Shown: positions 1 through 14,642, numbered from the stretch's first letter. The stretch: 64,000 nucleotides of DNA from Epiperipatus broadwayi (GCA_028023455.1 JAQFVV010000003.1:7874001-7938000), one strand, 5' to 3'. Notes: generated by a model from the letters alone, not told the origin. A program made the numbers and translations.

Positions 1-2869
1 CCCAAAGGATCCCAAGGAACACATATGGACACTGATCGATCAGGGTAATATAAACTTTGCTTTTTGAATGAACTATAGATTGCTGAACTTAAAAACATAT
101 CTAATTCGGATTGTATTTAATCAGTCATGAACTATAAGTTGCGATTATAGAAGGGGTTTTTGTTATATATATATATATATTTATAATGCTTATGTTTGCA
201 TTGCCCAATTAGTTTTATTTAAAATACGTAATTTATATATATTTGTGTTTTTTTTGTTTTTTGTTTTTCTTTACGGAGGGTTTTCAAATAACTTTTGATG
301 AAATTCAAGACTATAGGAGGAGGTTAAAAATAATAATAATCCCATAAATGAATCCCAGAAATTGTTATCGAAATAGAATGTAAACATGATTTAACAAAGC
401 ATAAATGAAAGGTTTAAGGGTTGAGTAAATATTGAATGAGAGGGTAGGGGTTTAGTGTAATAACTTGCTCCTAATAGTAAGCCACTTAGCCTCTGTACCA
501 GTCAAGATTTGGACCAGTCTGGGATGCTTATATATATAAGTAAAAGCACATGTTCCTTCAAGAACGAAAAATACATATTACTCTTCACCTTTGTTAGTTT
601 TTATTTTATTTTATATAAAAAGAAAAAAAGAAAGATAATGTTAGTCATGTTAATGGTATTGTTCTATCAATAGTCTTGAATAAAAGAAAAGTAAAAATTA
701 TAATAAAGCGTGTTATTATTTGAAACATATTTAAGTGTACTTGGTTGTTTCTTTAGCGCTTGTATGTGATAATAAAATATATGATCGTCGCGTATACACG
801 CATATTAAAAATGGGATTACAAAGGGGAGGTAGGCTGGATCTGTCATATGTATAAAAATTAACAACCGTGAATATAAGATTCTTCTAATTTCGTGGCTCT
901 AGGTTCTTTTCCTAGTGGCACCCTTGTATGATACGATTCCAGCTGTAATTAAAATTTTTGATTCTTAGCCTACAAACTTTTAGATACGAAAAGTAATGGC
1001 ACAATATATTCAGTCAATTAAATTAATGAATGTGTGCATAAATGATTTGATAAAATAGAGACCAATTTGATTTAAAAAACATTATCAATTTTTATTTATA
1101 ACAGAGAAAAATTCAAATTCTATTAACATAGCAAAAATTTTATTACATGTGGCCCATATGCATCTCTAGCATAAAAATGACTAAAAGTATTTGTTACTCG
1201 AACCCATGCCCATGGTAGATATGCATCAATGATACTCCCTATTTTCTAAAATATAAAATCAAAGAAAAATTATTATTTCATTGTCATAACAATTGTGAAG
1301 CTAACTATTTACAATATCATATTGCTGTATGTTCAATAGCCCATGATCCAATTTCAGCTGGAGAGGTTCCATCATCTTTGGGGATCCTTTATCTATATAT
1401 AAGTTACCTAAAGTGAATAGAGAAAAAACTTTCACACAAAAATATTTGTCATTCATACTGAATAAACTAAATGTAACAATTATTAGCTAAATGTAAACAA
1501 ATAACATACACACTTTCTTGTACTAGTGCATGTAAATTAATATGTAAGAACATCAAGAATTCTTACCTCAACTCATATTATGTGATAATGATGATGATCA
1601 GATGCCAAGTCACTACAAAGGGGATTAACCTAAATTTTATTTACAAAAAAATATTTCTAGCTTAATAAACCTTCCTCCCTGCCCAACATTACTTCTTATG
1701 CAATGGACTTCCTGACTACAAACACGCTGGAACTTCCACATGTGAAAATAATAAAAATAGAATTTTACAAACATATAAAATAAAAAAATATATATAACAC
1801 ATTATAATTTTGATTTTGTTCAAATCTTCCTGATTAAAGGCTGTAATTTTAGCATTAATGTCTTTCATGGATGCAATCTGTTTATCTCTTCATCAGTCCG
1901 TTTTGATGAATCCTCCAATGTTCACCTAGATTCTCTGGTAACATGCTTGAACAAGGTTGTTTCCATTTTGTACATTACTATCTGCCGTGATCCATTCTGA
2001 CACTTTGGATAAGGTGTTATGCATTTTTCTAGTCATTATTTATACGAGTGAGTTAAATCTTCCCACTTTATGGTAATTAAGACAGCACCCCAGCTTTACT
2101 GCATGTTTATCTAGCCAATAAACATTGTTTGGTAATTTATAAAAATTAATTAAATTTCCTTCAGCTTATTATTTAGTGTTTAGTAAATTTATGCTTATTA
2201 GTATGTACTGGTGATATAACATTCCTTTTTCTTCTTGTTTGATTGATAGTGTAGTTTTCTGACTTCGATTATCGATATAAAATTATTTTAGTTCTTTATT
2301 ACACTGCTAAAGTTCATTAACTTTTGCCATTTTAAATGTTGATAATGATTTGCTTCAACTTTTAGCACTTTAAAATTTTATACAAAAGAAATAGTATTTT
2401 TGGACACATTGTTCATTTTATCCTTCACTCTAATATTCGATCTTAAGCTATTTAGCGCTTGCGATTGTCATATCATTTAAAACTGCTTCGGATTATTAAG
2501 TGGGTGTCCCATGCATCTTATTTGATTGGTCAAAATTTTTTTTTTAATGACATAAAAACTTCAGCATGACATCAACAGAAATACAGGCATTTGATATATC
2601 TCTAACGTAGCTTTCTAAAGATGTCTTTAACAAAAAAATCCGATGAAATTTGGATTTTTTATTGATTTTTTCATATCAGGCACATTTAATTTTTTTATTT
2701 TTTAGCAAGCAATAAAGACAGAAAACTTTTATCAGCCTCATGAGTTTGACAACACAGATTAAAAATATGCTGATCATTCACAAACAAGGCCTTCCATGGA
2801 GTCTAAATGTAATTGCAGAATATTGGGCTTTTAAGTATACAATTTTAATTTTTTGAATAATATTTTAAT

Positions 2870-3222
2870 TTAATTATTTGAAAAATGATTTCATTTTTAT
2901 TAATTTGCATGTATAGTTATGTATGTGTATATAAATTCTATATTTATTTATGTTCATATGAATTTATATGTACAGTAATTTTGTGTGTTCTAATCCACTT
3001 ATTTTATAAAAATAAACTTATTTTATAAAAATAACGATTCTCAAAAGGTTTAATAATTTATTATTTGAAAAATGATTTGATTTTTATTAATTTGCATTTA
3101 TATTGGTGTGTGTATATATAAAATTTTCTACATTTATTTATGTTCACATGAATTCATATGTACAGTAATTTTGTATGTTCTAATCCACTTAATGATTCTC
3201 AAAAAGTTTAATAATTTATTAT
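2870..3222. repeat. Local tandem duplication, ~187-bp unit x ~1.9
   Basis: ttatttgaaaaatgattt...gtacagtaattttgt.tgttctaatccactta occurs at ~2874 and ~3061 with scattered substitutions. Confidence 0.85.
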
Positions 3223-3682
3223 TATGTTTATATGGTGCATTTGTGTTTACAAGTAATAATTTACAAAACTAATAATCAAATGTACAGAAAGATTGCATAT
3301 GCAGGCAAAGAATCAAATTCTGATTCTTGCCTATGCCTTGATACTCATGCTGTGGAGTCACTAGTTTTGGCATATCTTTTATCATCTTATTTTCAAGTCT
3401 ATAGCTAACAAATGGGCTATATGCAAATAAATTATATCTATGTGATACAGTAAATATAACAAGATGGCATCACTGGTGTGCATAAAGAATATAATATCAC
3501 TGATGCACACAAAAATTATAAAATGAAAAGATGAAACTCATTTTATCAGTGATACAGACAGTAGCCTATAATTTCTAGTTTTAGATAGACAAGAAGTCAA
3601 TTGCTATGATGACAAATGCACATCTATCTTCTGGAAATGATTTGTTTTGTATCTTTTATTAGGATGAATCTTTTTCTTTTAG

Positions 3683-3784
3683 ATATCTTTGAGTTTTGGT
3701 AACTTAACTTTTGGGGTACAAGATAAAAATGAAGAATTCTTATGCGAATACTTTTAGAGATTCTGGAGCTATGGATTATCACAG
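3683..3784 (+). other. Candidate spliced exon (possibly 5'UTR plus start, MKNSYANTFRDSGAMDYH...) of an unidentified gene
   Basis: Flanked by tttttcttttAG (3681-3682) and AG|GTAAGA (3785). All three frames from the acceptor hit stops; ATG at 3729 is open to the donor. No partner exons identified. Confidence 0.25.
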
Positions 3785-4303
3785 GTAAGACATATTATAT
3801 ATGATTTGAAAGATAATTTTGTGAGGAATACAAAGATATTATCACTGAAGATGTAATTTAAACTTAGTTAATGATGAATTAGAAATTATGAACAGACAAT
3901 AAAGTAATAATTATGTCAGATGTTGAAACTTCTTTTTTTCCTTATTTTCTAAATAGTAATCACTATTTGTCTTAGCCTTATTATTTTCCTTAATTTTTCT
4001 AGTTTCTATCAATGTTGCTCTAACATTATTAAAACTGAAGTTATTGTGAAAATTGTATCTCAGGTCAGTTTTTAAAAAAATTCAATATGGCACTTGGAGA
4101 ACATAGCCGTTAATAAAATATGTAAAAGAATGGAAATGAACTGACTTCATTTTTATACTGCACCTCATTTCCATTGTTTAGAATACTCACATTCTAATTT
4201 CCTTTTTTATCACTGTGTGCTATTGTTGCACAAATTAATGATTGTTAAACAAGACATTTATTTTATATAGTGCGATGTTTTTATAAACTGTAATACCAAT
4301 AAG

Positions 4304-4443
4304 CCAATAAGCTAATGCACATGCGCTTTCTAGTTGTCACTATATAAATGAATACTCCCACTTTTTCAAACACAAGATAAAGTCTTATGGGAAAAGATAA
4401 AATATAGTGACTACTAGAAAGTGCATGTGCTTTAGTTTATTGG
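4304..4443. repeat. Inverted repeat, 42-bp arms, ~56-bp loop
   Basis: ccaataagctaatgcacatgcgctttctagttgtcactatat (4304-4345) versus atatagtgactactagaaagtgcatgtgctttagtttattgg (4402-4443); 4 mismatches. Confidence 0.85.
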
Positions 4444-4903
4444 TAATGATTGTTATTGAAATTATGTAGTAAATTTATGTAATAAAATGTAAAATTTATG
4501 TAATGAAATTATGTAGTAAAATCTACTCCCATTTTCTAATATTTGGTTGCTTAGATATTGACTTGACACCAGGTCATCACCATGTATATGAAGTTATTGT
4601 TTTATATCGTAACATTTACACAATAACAAATAAGTCATTATCAGTGTAGATATATATGAAAGGTTTCTATGATTAAGCTTCTATTTTCCATTGAAAAGGA
4701 GCATTTACTTCATTTCAACATTATTTTGGATTGGTACTTATTAAAACAAACTTCAAGTATGTACATATCTATATGAATGTTTGTTTATAGAAAAATGATA
4801 TCACGTATCCAACCTATTATCTCAGTTTATGTTTTTCATAGGTTTAGTTTAATGTTTTGGACATTTAAAAGTTAGTTTGAACTGGATCATAAGCTACCCT
4901 TAC

Positions 4904-5943
4904 AACTCCCCTATCTTTACAGGATTAGAATTTTATGACCTAGTAAACTTTTAATATATAACTAGTGTGCAGGTTTATTTTATGTTGGACCATTTAAATT
5001 CTTAACTTTTCTTTTCTCTTTCTTAAAAGTGGATTATAAAGCTTATTTATTTTAATTACTGCTGTTATCTTTATTATATTCCTACTCTTTTACTATCTCT
5101 TACTTTATTGGTTGCAACATAATAAAGTGAGATTCATATATAGGTCTCCTTTTTAATTATTATTGTTATTGTAATTATAATGATTACATGGTATGAGATC
5201 AACCAGTAATGCATCTCTATTATAGAAAGTACATAGTCATTTCATTAGCCTTAATCATGCTCCTTTTGAGGCTAACTGGACTTTTCTAAGGACTAACTAA
5301 ATACTGGGGGGTCCACCATTCTGCATAGATCAACTCTGTCTTGGTTGACTCTAGATATCCCAGTAATTGCTTTTATGATTACCTGGGCATACTCTCATCA
5401 TAAATTCATGAATCCATTTTCTTTCTTTTCTTTTTTGATGTCATCTCATCTTTCTTTCTAACTCTAACCCAAAAAATCATGCCTATCACTTAATTTACTT
5501 CCCCTCCTATCTCTATCCAGAATGCATTTGGACCTGCTGTTTATAAAACTTTTGGTATTTATTTTAGTGGTTTATTTATATGGGGTGTTTTGATGAATAC
5601 TTTGTTCCCTAACTGGAAGTTGTGGGTCTTTTCTTTTTTGTTTTGGTTTCTCTTTTCAACTTTGCTAGTCAGTTGCTCATATACTTTTAATATATCTCTT
5701 TCTGTCAAAATTTGTACAATTAATTTGGTACCTTCATTTTAACTATGTTTAGTTGAAGTCTAGTATTCAGTTTATAATTACTAGCTTTCTATAGCTCTGC
5801 ATTTGTTGCAATATGCCATATACTCAGTTTGGTGTCTACAAGTTATGGTTACAGTGCAATATGCAAATACATCTGTCTGTGTCCTACTTATTTTCAAATG
5901 TCTCTTACATGTGTCTATAGCATCATTGATTGTATACTTATAT
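4904..5943 (-). mobile_element. Old Gypsy relic, 3' part: integrase C-terminal tail, PPT and start of 3' LTR
   Basis: The - strand near 5500-5650 reads HNFQLGNKVFIKTPHINKP...AGPNAFWIEIGGE, like the IN tails at 45290-45500 and 62600-62800. PPT gataggggagt is followed by TGTAAGG starting at 4904, the same PPT/LTR-start pattern as at 63465-63482. Confidence 0.55.
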
Positions 5944-8900
5944 TGTACCAGTCGAAAAACACACATCGATCCAACAAACCCCTGAATACAGGTAAAGTAC
6001 CTCGAGTCTGATTATGCACAAGATAGATAAATCAGGTACATCATGAATTCTGCCCTATTTACCTATATCCCCAGGTCAAAGATCTAATCAATAGCCTTTC
6101 TCGGAGATATGATCGAATTCTCTTATTTTTACTGTGCCGGCAGCTGGGTCTTAAAGCATGAGATTCGATTTTATTATATTTAAATAAGAACTTGGGTGAT
6201 TGGTTGATAGGTATATTTAAAAATCAAAATTTATTTAAAATAAAAGTAAATAAAATGATTCGAGAACACTGGAAGTTTGTTTTACTTATATATATATATT
6301 TAAAATCATTAGACATTCTACATTAATTATTTTACATTAGTTTAACTCAAGCTCAAAAAAAAAAAAAAAATACAATTTTTAAATTAACTTCATTATGATT
6401 TCATGACGATTTTATTTATATTAGCGGTCAGCATTGACATTATTGAGTTTGTACAATTTATTTTGTGAAGTTTATACATCTTTACTTTTGTTTACATTTC
6501 TTCCCCTTTTTTTTAAAATAGCAAAAATTATTTCATAATTAAATGACCACAGATTTCAAAATTCCCCGTGCACATTTATTACAAGCTTGGAAGATAGAGG
6601 TAGGTTTAAACATCTGCCTAACGCACATATATAAGAATGACTATTTGAATGAATTCTTTATATAAAATTTAAAAAAAACATTCCTATTAAAAAAACCTTA
6701 ATTAAATAGATGATTATAAGACTAACTTGATGTCTTACTCCACTAACAGATAAAAAACTTGATTTCATTTCTCTTTATAAAATTAATAATTTGGATTTTC
6801 AATAACTAATGTTTTATGACATTAGTGGATCTTGCTGGCATAGCTTATAAATAACTTTAAAACTGTAAGTGGTTATAATAAAAAAATCATCAATTAATTA
6901 TCAAGCAAACAAGCCACTTTAATTGGACTTACAACTAAAATCAAACCCATAAGAATTATATAATGTGAATTAGCCAAAACCAAACGATTTTAACTAATGC
7001 AAATGAACAAAAGAGTCGATTACTCAGGGCGAAGATCCTTTCAGTAGAATCATTTCCCTATGGCTTACGTATCAGATAGGCAAAATAAAAGCAAAACAAT
7101 GTCGGGTTAATAAATATACGAATGCAAAGGAGAGAAAGAAACGTAAGTAAGAAAATACGAGCCGGATTACGGATACTCGTATGTCTATTCCCACAAAGAA
7201 TAAAAGGAAAATCGATACGTCCACATTGTGTCCATATATCGATAGGAGATAGGACTTACAGAGGGTCCTCATTCGCCTCTACAAATTCTGCTGACAAACC
7301 AATTCTATCTCAACCACCCTATCCGATTTCACACGCGTATGTGAAAAATGGAAGCTAACTCCAAATCACCAAATCTATGACCATTTTAGGTCTGTTCATG
7401 AGACTCCAAGCATTGTTTATTAAACTAAGATATTATAATTATTAAATAGGAACAAATTATAATTAAATAGCCTTAAAATGATCTAATACTGCATAGAGAA
7501 CAACCTGCATAAACAACTACTTTATATAAATATTTAACCTACAAGAAAAAAAACATACATGTAGAAATAAGGAAATTTAATTCTCAAAAAAATCCCCCTT
7601 TCCCTCTTTCCTAGCTTAAAAAAAGGCATGATAACTAACTGACGCTATCCAGTGGTGCCGTTACTAGGTCAAAAATCTATAGCATACTTTATTCAGTTTT
7701 GAATTACAGAAATATCAAATAATAGAATCCCATTCTGGGAAATCTATAATAAAACTATTTAAAGAAAATATGGTAAGCTTGATTTGCTTAGAAACATATA
7801 TATTTGACATAACCTCACTCGCGAAAATAGATCAACTTACTTTACTTTTAAAATCAAATCGTTCTTTGTTAAAATTCTCTTTCCCTAATAAAACATAATT
7901 TGCTCTCTTAGCAAACTATGCTCTTTGGACCCCCGTGAGTGAAGTTTGTCAAAATAAAAAAAATCAAAGCATGACATAATCTCATACTAAAAAAAAATTA
8001 ATATAAAACAAATAAATAAATTCCTATTCAATTAATTATATATATATATATTAAAAGTTATAGTGAGCTTGAGTTAATGAAAACATAATTTAAAAGAAAA
8101 GGTTAGAAGAATCAGTTAAAAAAAATTCTTAATAAACATTAACTTATGACATTTTTTTTAAGCTTTACGAACCTACATTTAGATTGTAATAATAATTTTC
8201 AAATCTTGACAACATGAATTTAAGCTCTTCGGCATTTTACCTGGAGTTCCCCGGTATGAGTTCACGGGCAAACCTTGATGGCTGGTGGCATTTGAAGGCA
8301 GGTTGTGGCAGCAACATAATGAAAGATTTCAGGTCTCAGGAAGGAAAGGGCTGTGATTTACCCTGTTTTACTCCTCGATCATCATAGCATGCTTTCTACA
8401 ACTCTGTCTGTTCTCTCTCTAGTTCTGGTCACTAGTCACTCTCTTCTTTTCAAAAAAAAGGGCCACTATTTATTACTTCCTGCTGCCTCAGGTGATCTTC
8501 TTTTTGGAACAATGGAAATTGGTTTTTATTCTAATTTTAGAAAGTTTGTACCTTGATAAGGATCAATATATTTCAATATAATTTTATGTTAGGTTTTAAT
8601 TTAGATAACAATGTAGAATCTCTACTAATTAATGAATAGTGATTCCACAGTGAATGGATTTTGGTAATTTATCAATGCGTTTAATTTAAACATTTATTTT
8701 AAACTTCTTATCGAGATACAAATCTTTTCAAAAAGGTCATCTTGGATTCTTAAACTAAAATAAAGCATTTTAAAATATACAGTATATCTAAAATATATAA
8801 AAAATTCAAAGTTAATTATTTGAATTTTTTTCTTTTAATAATAAAATAGAATAAGTGTTAGTACAATTATGATCCAAAATAAATTATAGGATTTATTCAA

Positions 8901-9018
8901 GATAGTTAAAAATGTTTTTTTTTTAGAATAATAAAAAAAAGCAAATAATGTTAGTAAAATAAATAATTAGATGTGTCAGACCATGAAACGGCAAATCTGA
9001 ATCAGATTTACCATTTCA
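5944..9018 (-). repeat. 3' LTR of Gypsy-1 (3075 bp)
   Basis: tgtacc...ccatttca, colinear with 14665-17606. Carries ~90-bp (near 6740-6825) and ~40-bp (near 8620-8655) segments absent from the other LTR. Confidence 0.93.
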
Positions 9019-9030
9019 CACTCTCCCACT
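9019..9030 (-). promoter_or_regulatory. Polypurine tract of Gypsy-1
   Basis: AGTGGGAGAGTG on the - strand, directly abutting the 3' LTR. Confidence 0.75.
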
Positions 9031-9293
9031 TTACGAAAAAAAAATATCTAAATATATATTTATATATATTTTTAACACATACAAAAACTTTTTAAAAACT
9101 TTCCAGGCTACAGAGTCCCAACCAGCTATTTCTCACACTACCTACTCTTTGGTGACAATCTGAAATGCTCTATTTGTTTGAATTAGGCATTTCTTCTAAA
9201 TCTATCTACATCCAAATTTTTTTCTATCTCTTAGTCCATTTACAAATTCCTGTCATTTACAAAAAATATCCATCTGTATTAATTAATTTATTA

Positions 9294-12200
9294 CTATCTA
9301 CCTGGATCTGGTGGGACATAAGGTTGCCTGGCATTAAAAGTTCCTTTATTTCCTTGTTCTCCTTCTAATAAAAATGCATTCTCCTGACATTTTCTTTGGA
9401 TCTTGTAAGGACCATGATAAAGCGGGAATTTTTTGAATTCCATCTTGGTCACATTACTTGGTTTTGGTGCTCTAAGACACACCATATCCCCTTCTTGAAA
9501 TTTCTGGGGTGGATTGTGATATCTTTTCATTCTTACCCGGGCCATTCTTTCCATATGGGCATGGGCTTCCCTTTGGTCCTCTTCAGGGTGGATAACCAGA
9601 TCCTCTTTTGGCCAAATTTTACCAAATATTTCGGGGCATGGTTTTTCATAGTGAAGCCTTTTTGGGGTGAATCTTGTAGATTCATTCAAGGTATGGTTGA
9701 TGTACCCCACAATTTCATCAGTTCTCCTTACCCATCCTTGGTGATCATGAGATGTGTATGTGTGGAAGGGCCTGTTAATCTCTCTCATAACCCTTTCACA
9801 CAGATTAGATTGAGAGTTTCTAACAGAAGTTAACCGGTGATGTAGTCCTTGTTTTTTGATCCATCTAGCCCACTCCTTTGAAGTATATGCGGTTCCGTGG
9901 TCTGATAGGATTACTTCTGGCATTCCTACTTCCGGAAATTGCTTTTGTTAGAGCATGCAAATAGCATTTATCGAATCTGCAGCTCTTACAGGGTATGCCT
10001 GTATATACTTTGAAAATACATCATATGTAACAATCAAGTACCAAATCTGTTGAAATGACAGCAATGGCCCATAGTGGTCCATGGCGATGACAGCAATGGC
10101 CTATAGTGGTCCATGGCGAGCAGTTCATTTGGTTTTGTTACAGTAATGGGGTGGAGGGGTCCTGCATAGGACCTGTTTGGGTGTTTATTCTGAGCACATT
10201 TGATGCACCTCCGAGGACAAGAAGGACTTGAGAATATAGCCTGGGCCAATAGAACCGTCACCTAATAGCTTCTTCAGTTTTCTGAGGCCCATAGTGCCCA
10301 ATATTCTCATGCACATGTATGATTTTTGTCCTCAATTCTGTGGGAATTATTATTTTCCATGGGTTATCTCATTCCTTTGCTTTAATTAGTAGTATCTCAT
10401 CCATAAGCCAGTACTGTGAACATCTTTTCTGAAAATGTTTACTTCTCTCATGCAGATCCTTTTTTAGCTCAGTGATTATTTGTCCATATTGTTTTTCAGC
10501 TTGTTTCCAATATCCTAAGTCCTGCAGTTCATCCTCAATAGTAGTTTCCTTCTGGGCTACCATAATCTGGGCAGTTTTGATCATGCAGTTCAGGGTTCTG
10601 AGGGTTCATCAGTATTGGGTAATGGCTTAAAATGTCAGCCACCACATTTTCTGGTCCTGGGCAGTAGACTACACTATACCTGAATTTCTGTAGGGTCAAA
10701 CTTCAGCGAATGAGCCGGTCATTTGTGAGGAAACTCTTGTTTAAAAATTCCAAGCACCTATGGTCAGTAATTATGATTACTTCAGACCCCAGGAGAAATT
10801 GCTTGAATTTTTGACAAGCCCACACAATAGTGAGTGTTTCCTGTTCCATTGTGGTATAGTTTACCTCAGCCCCTTTTAAAGTTCGGCTGATAAAATAGAG
10901 AACTTGGTGTTGTCCCCTTTCACCCACTTGAAATAACACAGTACCTTCACCCACTTGAAATAATACAGCACCTAGACCCTTCTTACTACTGTCAGTTTGG
11001 ACATAGAAGGGGCGGTTAAAATCTGGGTGGTGGAGCATTACGGCCTGTAAAAACTTATTTTTGATTACTTGAAGGTCCTGATCATGAGTGGTGGTCCACG
11101 CCCACCTCTTATTTTTACATAAAAGATCAATCAAATGAGTTGTTTCCAATGCAAACCCAGGGTAGAATTTATGATAGAAATTACATAACCCCAGGAAAGA
11201 ACTGACTTGCTTGCGGGTGGTTGGGGTTGGGAGTTTCTGAATAGCTTCGATTTTTTAATGGTGAGGTTTTATTCCATCTGCGCTAATGATGTGACCCAAG
11301 AATGAGATTTCTTTCAGGGTAAAGTGGCTCTTCACCAAATTAATGGTGATGTTTTCATGCTCACACTCCTTGAAAAATAGATCTAAGTACTTATAGTGTT
11401 CTTCCATGTCCTTTGAAGCTATTACAATATCATCAACGTAGCAGACCATATGGTCTTGCAATTCCTCTGAGAGTACTTGTTTGTGACAGCACATCAATTC
11501 TGCACCACTGTTTATAAGGCTGAAAGGTACCCTCTTGAATACATGGCTTTGGCTGTTATACCGAAAAGCAGTATATTTTCGATCTCTTGGATCAAGGGCC
11601 ATCTGCCAATAACTTGCAGTTAAATCCAAAGTGGAAAAAATGGTCTTTCCAGCCAGACAGACAAAGACTTCTTGGATAGGTGAGGGATTTTTCTCTCTGG
11701 TATGGTCATGCTGTTCAATTTATGAGCATCAAGGCACAAATGAAGGTCACGACTCCTTTCCCTTACGACCACTAAAGGATTGTTGTAAGGAGATGGTCCC
11801 TGTTCGATGATTTCCCATTCCATCTGTTTAATTTGACTCTCAACCTCTTCTTTGTATTGGAAGGGATTTGGGTAGGTTTTGGATTGGGCATATGATTCCT
11901 CTTTTAATCTAATGCAGTGGGTATAACCTTTGATTTGACCTGGTACTTGGGAAAATACCTTGGATTAGTTTTCCAACATTTCTTTAATTTGGTTCCTGTC
12001 TCTGGGATTGGCAATCACTGCTTCTTGTACCTTTGTCAAGATCAATACCGGGTCAACTGGTTAAATGATACAGCTGCAGTTGTCCACCTGATTTTTCTGG
12101 GTGCCCTGAAATTTCACGGCCTCTTGCTTTATGTAACAGGTCCTTCAGGAGTAATCAATGATGCCTTCATGTTGTATTAAAAAATCTGATGCCATGTTGT

Positions 12201-12475
12201 AAATAAGTCCATCCATGACTAAAAAGGCATGTCCTAAAGATATTTGATTTATTCTCACTTCCAACCATATTTGGTAATTTTTATTCATTGATTTAATGTC
12301 CATTTTCCAGAGTTAGGCCAATGGGCCATGTTAGGAGCTTCATGAATTCTTTTAATCTCTTCATGTTTTCAAACCAAGCTTTTGATATCAGGGATACTTG
12401 GCTTCCCAAATCCATTAATGCTTGCACTTTCTGGGTCTCGACTGTTATCTGCAGAATTGGGAAGAGATTTCCCAT
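9294..12475 (-). pseudogene. pol: Gypsy-1 pol (PR-RT-RNase H-IN), frameshifted and with stops
   Basis: PR ALMDLGSQVS (12293-12475); RT SPYNNPLVVV...LCLD, MDLTASYWQM, YVDD (11255-11823); RNase H QTDSS..GLGAVL, NYTTMEQETL (10703-11149); IN zinc region and core ILSDHGTAYTS...SQSNLCER (9294-10584). Confidence 0.93.
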
Positions 12476-12499
12476 CTATTGTTCTTGGATCTATCTCCT

Positions 12500-13402
12500 T
12501 CATGGATGTTTGTGGTTATTGGATTTTTCTCGGTTATTTCTATTTTTTCGGTTACTTTGACCCTTTTGTTCCACTCCGGTGTCTTTATCACTAATAGAGG
12601 TTAAAAATCTTCCCATCTCGGGGATAGTGTCAATTTGGCAGCTTAACATCATCCTTTGGACCCATATGGGCATATTGCTCTTTATAATGTGTATAATGTG
12701 TGCATCAGAGTATGTGAAGGCAGTTAGAATTCGAAACTTCACCACTTGTTTAAAAAAAAATTGAGTGAAAGTTCCTTGCTGGCTACCTTGATATTTTTTA
12801 GCTGTCAAAGTCTGAATCATATCTTCTTGGTGCTCATCACTCCAAAATTGCCCTATCACCGCTTGTTCATATTCTTTGAAGTTTTGGGGTTTCTGTGCTA
12901 ATGACCTCCACCAATCCTTCGCAGTGTTTTTCAAATAATGGCTCGCAACAGCCACTTTCTCAGTCTCATCCATTGTGTGAACATGGAACAATTCCCTCAG
13001 GCTTTCTATGTGTTCTATTGGATTCCCTCTGGGCTCACCTTGGAACTCCTGGATATGGATCAGTTGAGATATCAATGATGATCCCTGTGAGCTGCTTGAA
13101 GGGGTTTGAACTTCATTGTTGGTGGTCTTCTCATTAGCCTCTGTTTCTATGATGGCTATTCTTTGATCTATGGCTTTTTGATGCTTTTGCATTGTTCTCT
13201 CAATTTCATACCTCATTGTTGCCATAACACTGTTCATCATCATTTTTAAATTTTCCATCATCATGGGCATTGCCTCATATATCAACCTCTCTGGATTTTT
13301 CATTGTGACTACTGGACTATTGACATTTAGTGGGTCATTATCCACCTTCTCTTCAGCATCTTTCTGTTGCTCCACCATCTGCTCTTCTTTTGTGCAATCC
13401 AT
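12500..13402 (-). CDS. gag: Gypsy-1 gag-like ORF (300 aa)
   Basis: Open ORF upstream of PR, with retrotransposon-gag-like FQGEPRGNPIEHI...LKNTAKDWW...FWS. Confidence 0.8.
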   Translation of the reverse strand: MDCTKEEQMVEQQKDAEEKVDNDPLNVNSPVVTMKNPERLIYEAMPMMMENLKMMMNSVMATMRYEIERTMQKHQKAIDQRIAIIETEANEKTTNNEVQTPSSSSQGSSLISQLIHIQEFQGEPRGNPIEHIESLRELFHVHTMDETEKVAVASHYLKNTAKDWWRSLAQKPQNFKEYEQAVIGQFWSDEHQEDMIQTLTAKKYQGSQQGTFTQFFFKQVVKFRILTAFTYSDAHIIHIIKSNMPIWVQRMMLSCQIDTIPEMGRFLTSISDKDTGVEQKGQSNRKNRNNREKSNNHKHP

Positions 13403-14626
13403 CTAAAACAGAAAATCTTTTTATTTAAAACAAAATTTCTTTGTATACTTCACTTAAAACTTAAACTTTTTTTTCACCTAGAAAAAAAAACTGTTTAAAC
13501 TTTGATTCTGAAACTATTTTTTTTTCTTTTAAGTTTCTTCTGGGATAAACAAAGCTCTGTATCTGACTTCAACGGGTTACACCACCCTTCCCTCCTAAAA
13601 CATCTCCCATCCTACTACTACCTGCTCTGTTTACTGCCTTTAGTTATAAAATTATTTGCCACTCAGCTACAAAATTTTTTTTAGCAAAACTTAACTATTT
13701 TCCTAAATGAAATGAAACAAATTTATTCTTTTTACCTCTGGTTGTTCTCCTGTGCCTGGACAGATTTGACATTGATCATACATCACTTAGTTGACAACAG
13801 TTGGTTTACATGATTTAATTTACATTTAAGTTGTTACTGATACATTTAAGTTGTTACTGATTCTTTAACCATTTCATTCTTCCAGGTTCGAATCTTAGAT
13901 AACACTATTTTGTGTTTGAAAATATTTAATTAAACTATTGGCAAATTTTTTTGTAAGGGCGCCAGCCAATAGAATATATATGCTTTATTATTGACAATTT
14001 ATTCACCCAAGTCTCTATTAACAAACATTTGTTGCTATTACACAATTTTCATTTAGTTTTTTTTTAAATTTATATCACAATATTTTACAGACTCTGAATA
14101 TTTATTTATATATCAACACATACAGTATTTGGTTTATTTTCCTTTTACATTTTACACATGAAGAAAAATCACAGATAGAAAAAAAAATCTCATATATTTT
14201 CCCTTCTAATTTAAGTCTGTGTACATATATCACTTTTAATTCTGGGTACCAGTTATCTGTGGACCCATTATTCTTATTGTCTACCACAAAATACAGCCAA
14301 AAATACATGTGTGTTTCACACATTTCAGTTTATCAACATATTCATCATGGTGTAGGTATTTATCTAAAATCCTCACCATTTTTGAGCATCAAAACTCGGG
14401 AAAAATTTTTTTTTACACATAATGATTCATTACTGTGTCAAAAAGCATAACAAAAAAACACATTATATACATTAAACATTATTCAGGGTTTTGCAGTGTG
14501 TGCAAAACATCATACAAACTTGGGAAAAAATCTTACACATATTTATTATTTAGTGCAATTCAAAAAAAAAAACTTTATATATATATATGCTTAACATTAT
14601 ACAGGGTGTGGTAATATCTAATAGTT

Positions 14627-14642
14627 CCACGTTGGGCATCCA
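14627..14642 (-). promoter_or_regulatory. Primer-binding site, tRNA-Lys(CUU)-like
   Basis: TGGATGCCCAACGTGG on the - strand versus the tRNA-Lys complement TGGCGCCCAACGTGGGGC; starts 22 nt inside the 5' LTR end. Confidence 0.65.

Noticed and set aside
1-380. Possible exons at the window start
   Set aside because: Short frames with weak splice signals and no recognisable protein.
1850-2150. RTE-like C-terminal remnant on the - strand (also a LINE zinc-knuckle-like remnant near 22600)
   Set aside because: Too degraded to assign with confidence.
9019-9293. env-like third ORF in Gypsy-1
   Set aside because: Only ~270 bp between the IN end and the LTR, with no ORF.
9396-9833. 145-aa + strand ORF; likewise 33019-33399, 42002-42358 and 60998-61318
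   Set aside because: Antisense shadows of retroelement coding frames, with no independent motifs.
13957-13964. Second TGGCGCCC PBS-like 8-mer in the Gypsy-1 leader
   Set aside because: Only 8 nt, about 700 bp from the LTR, and the match does not extend.
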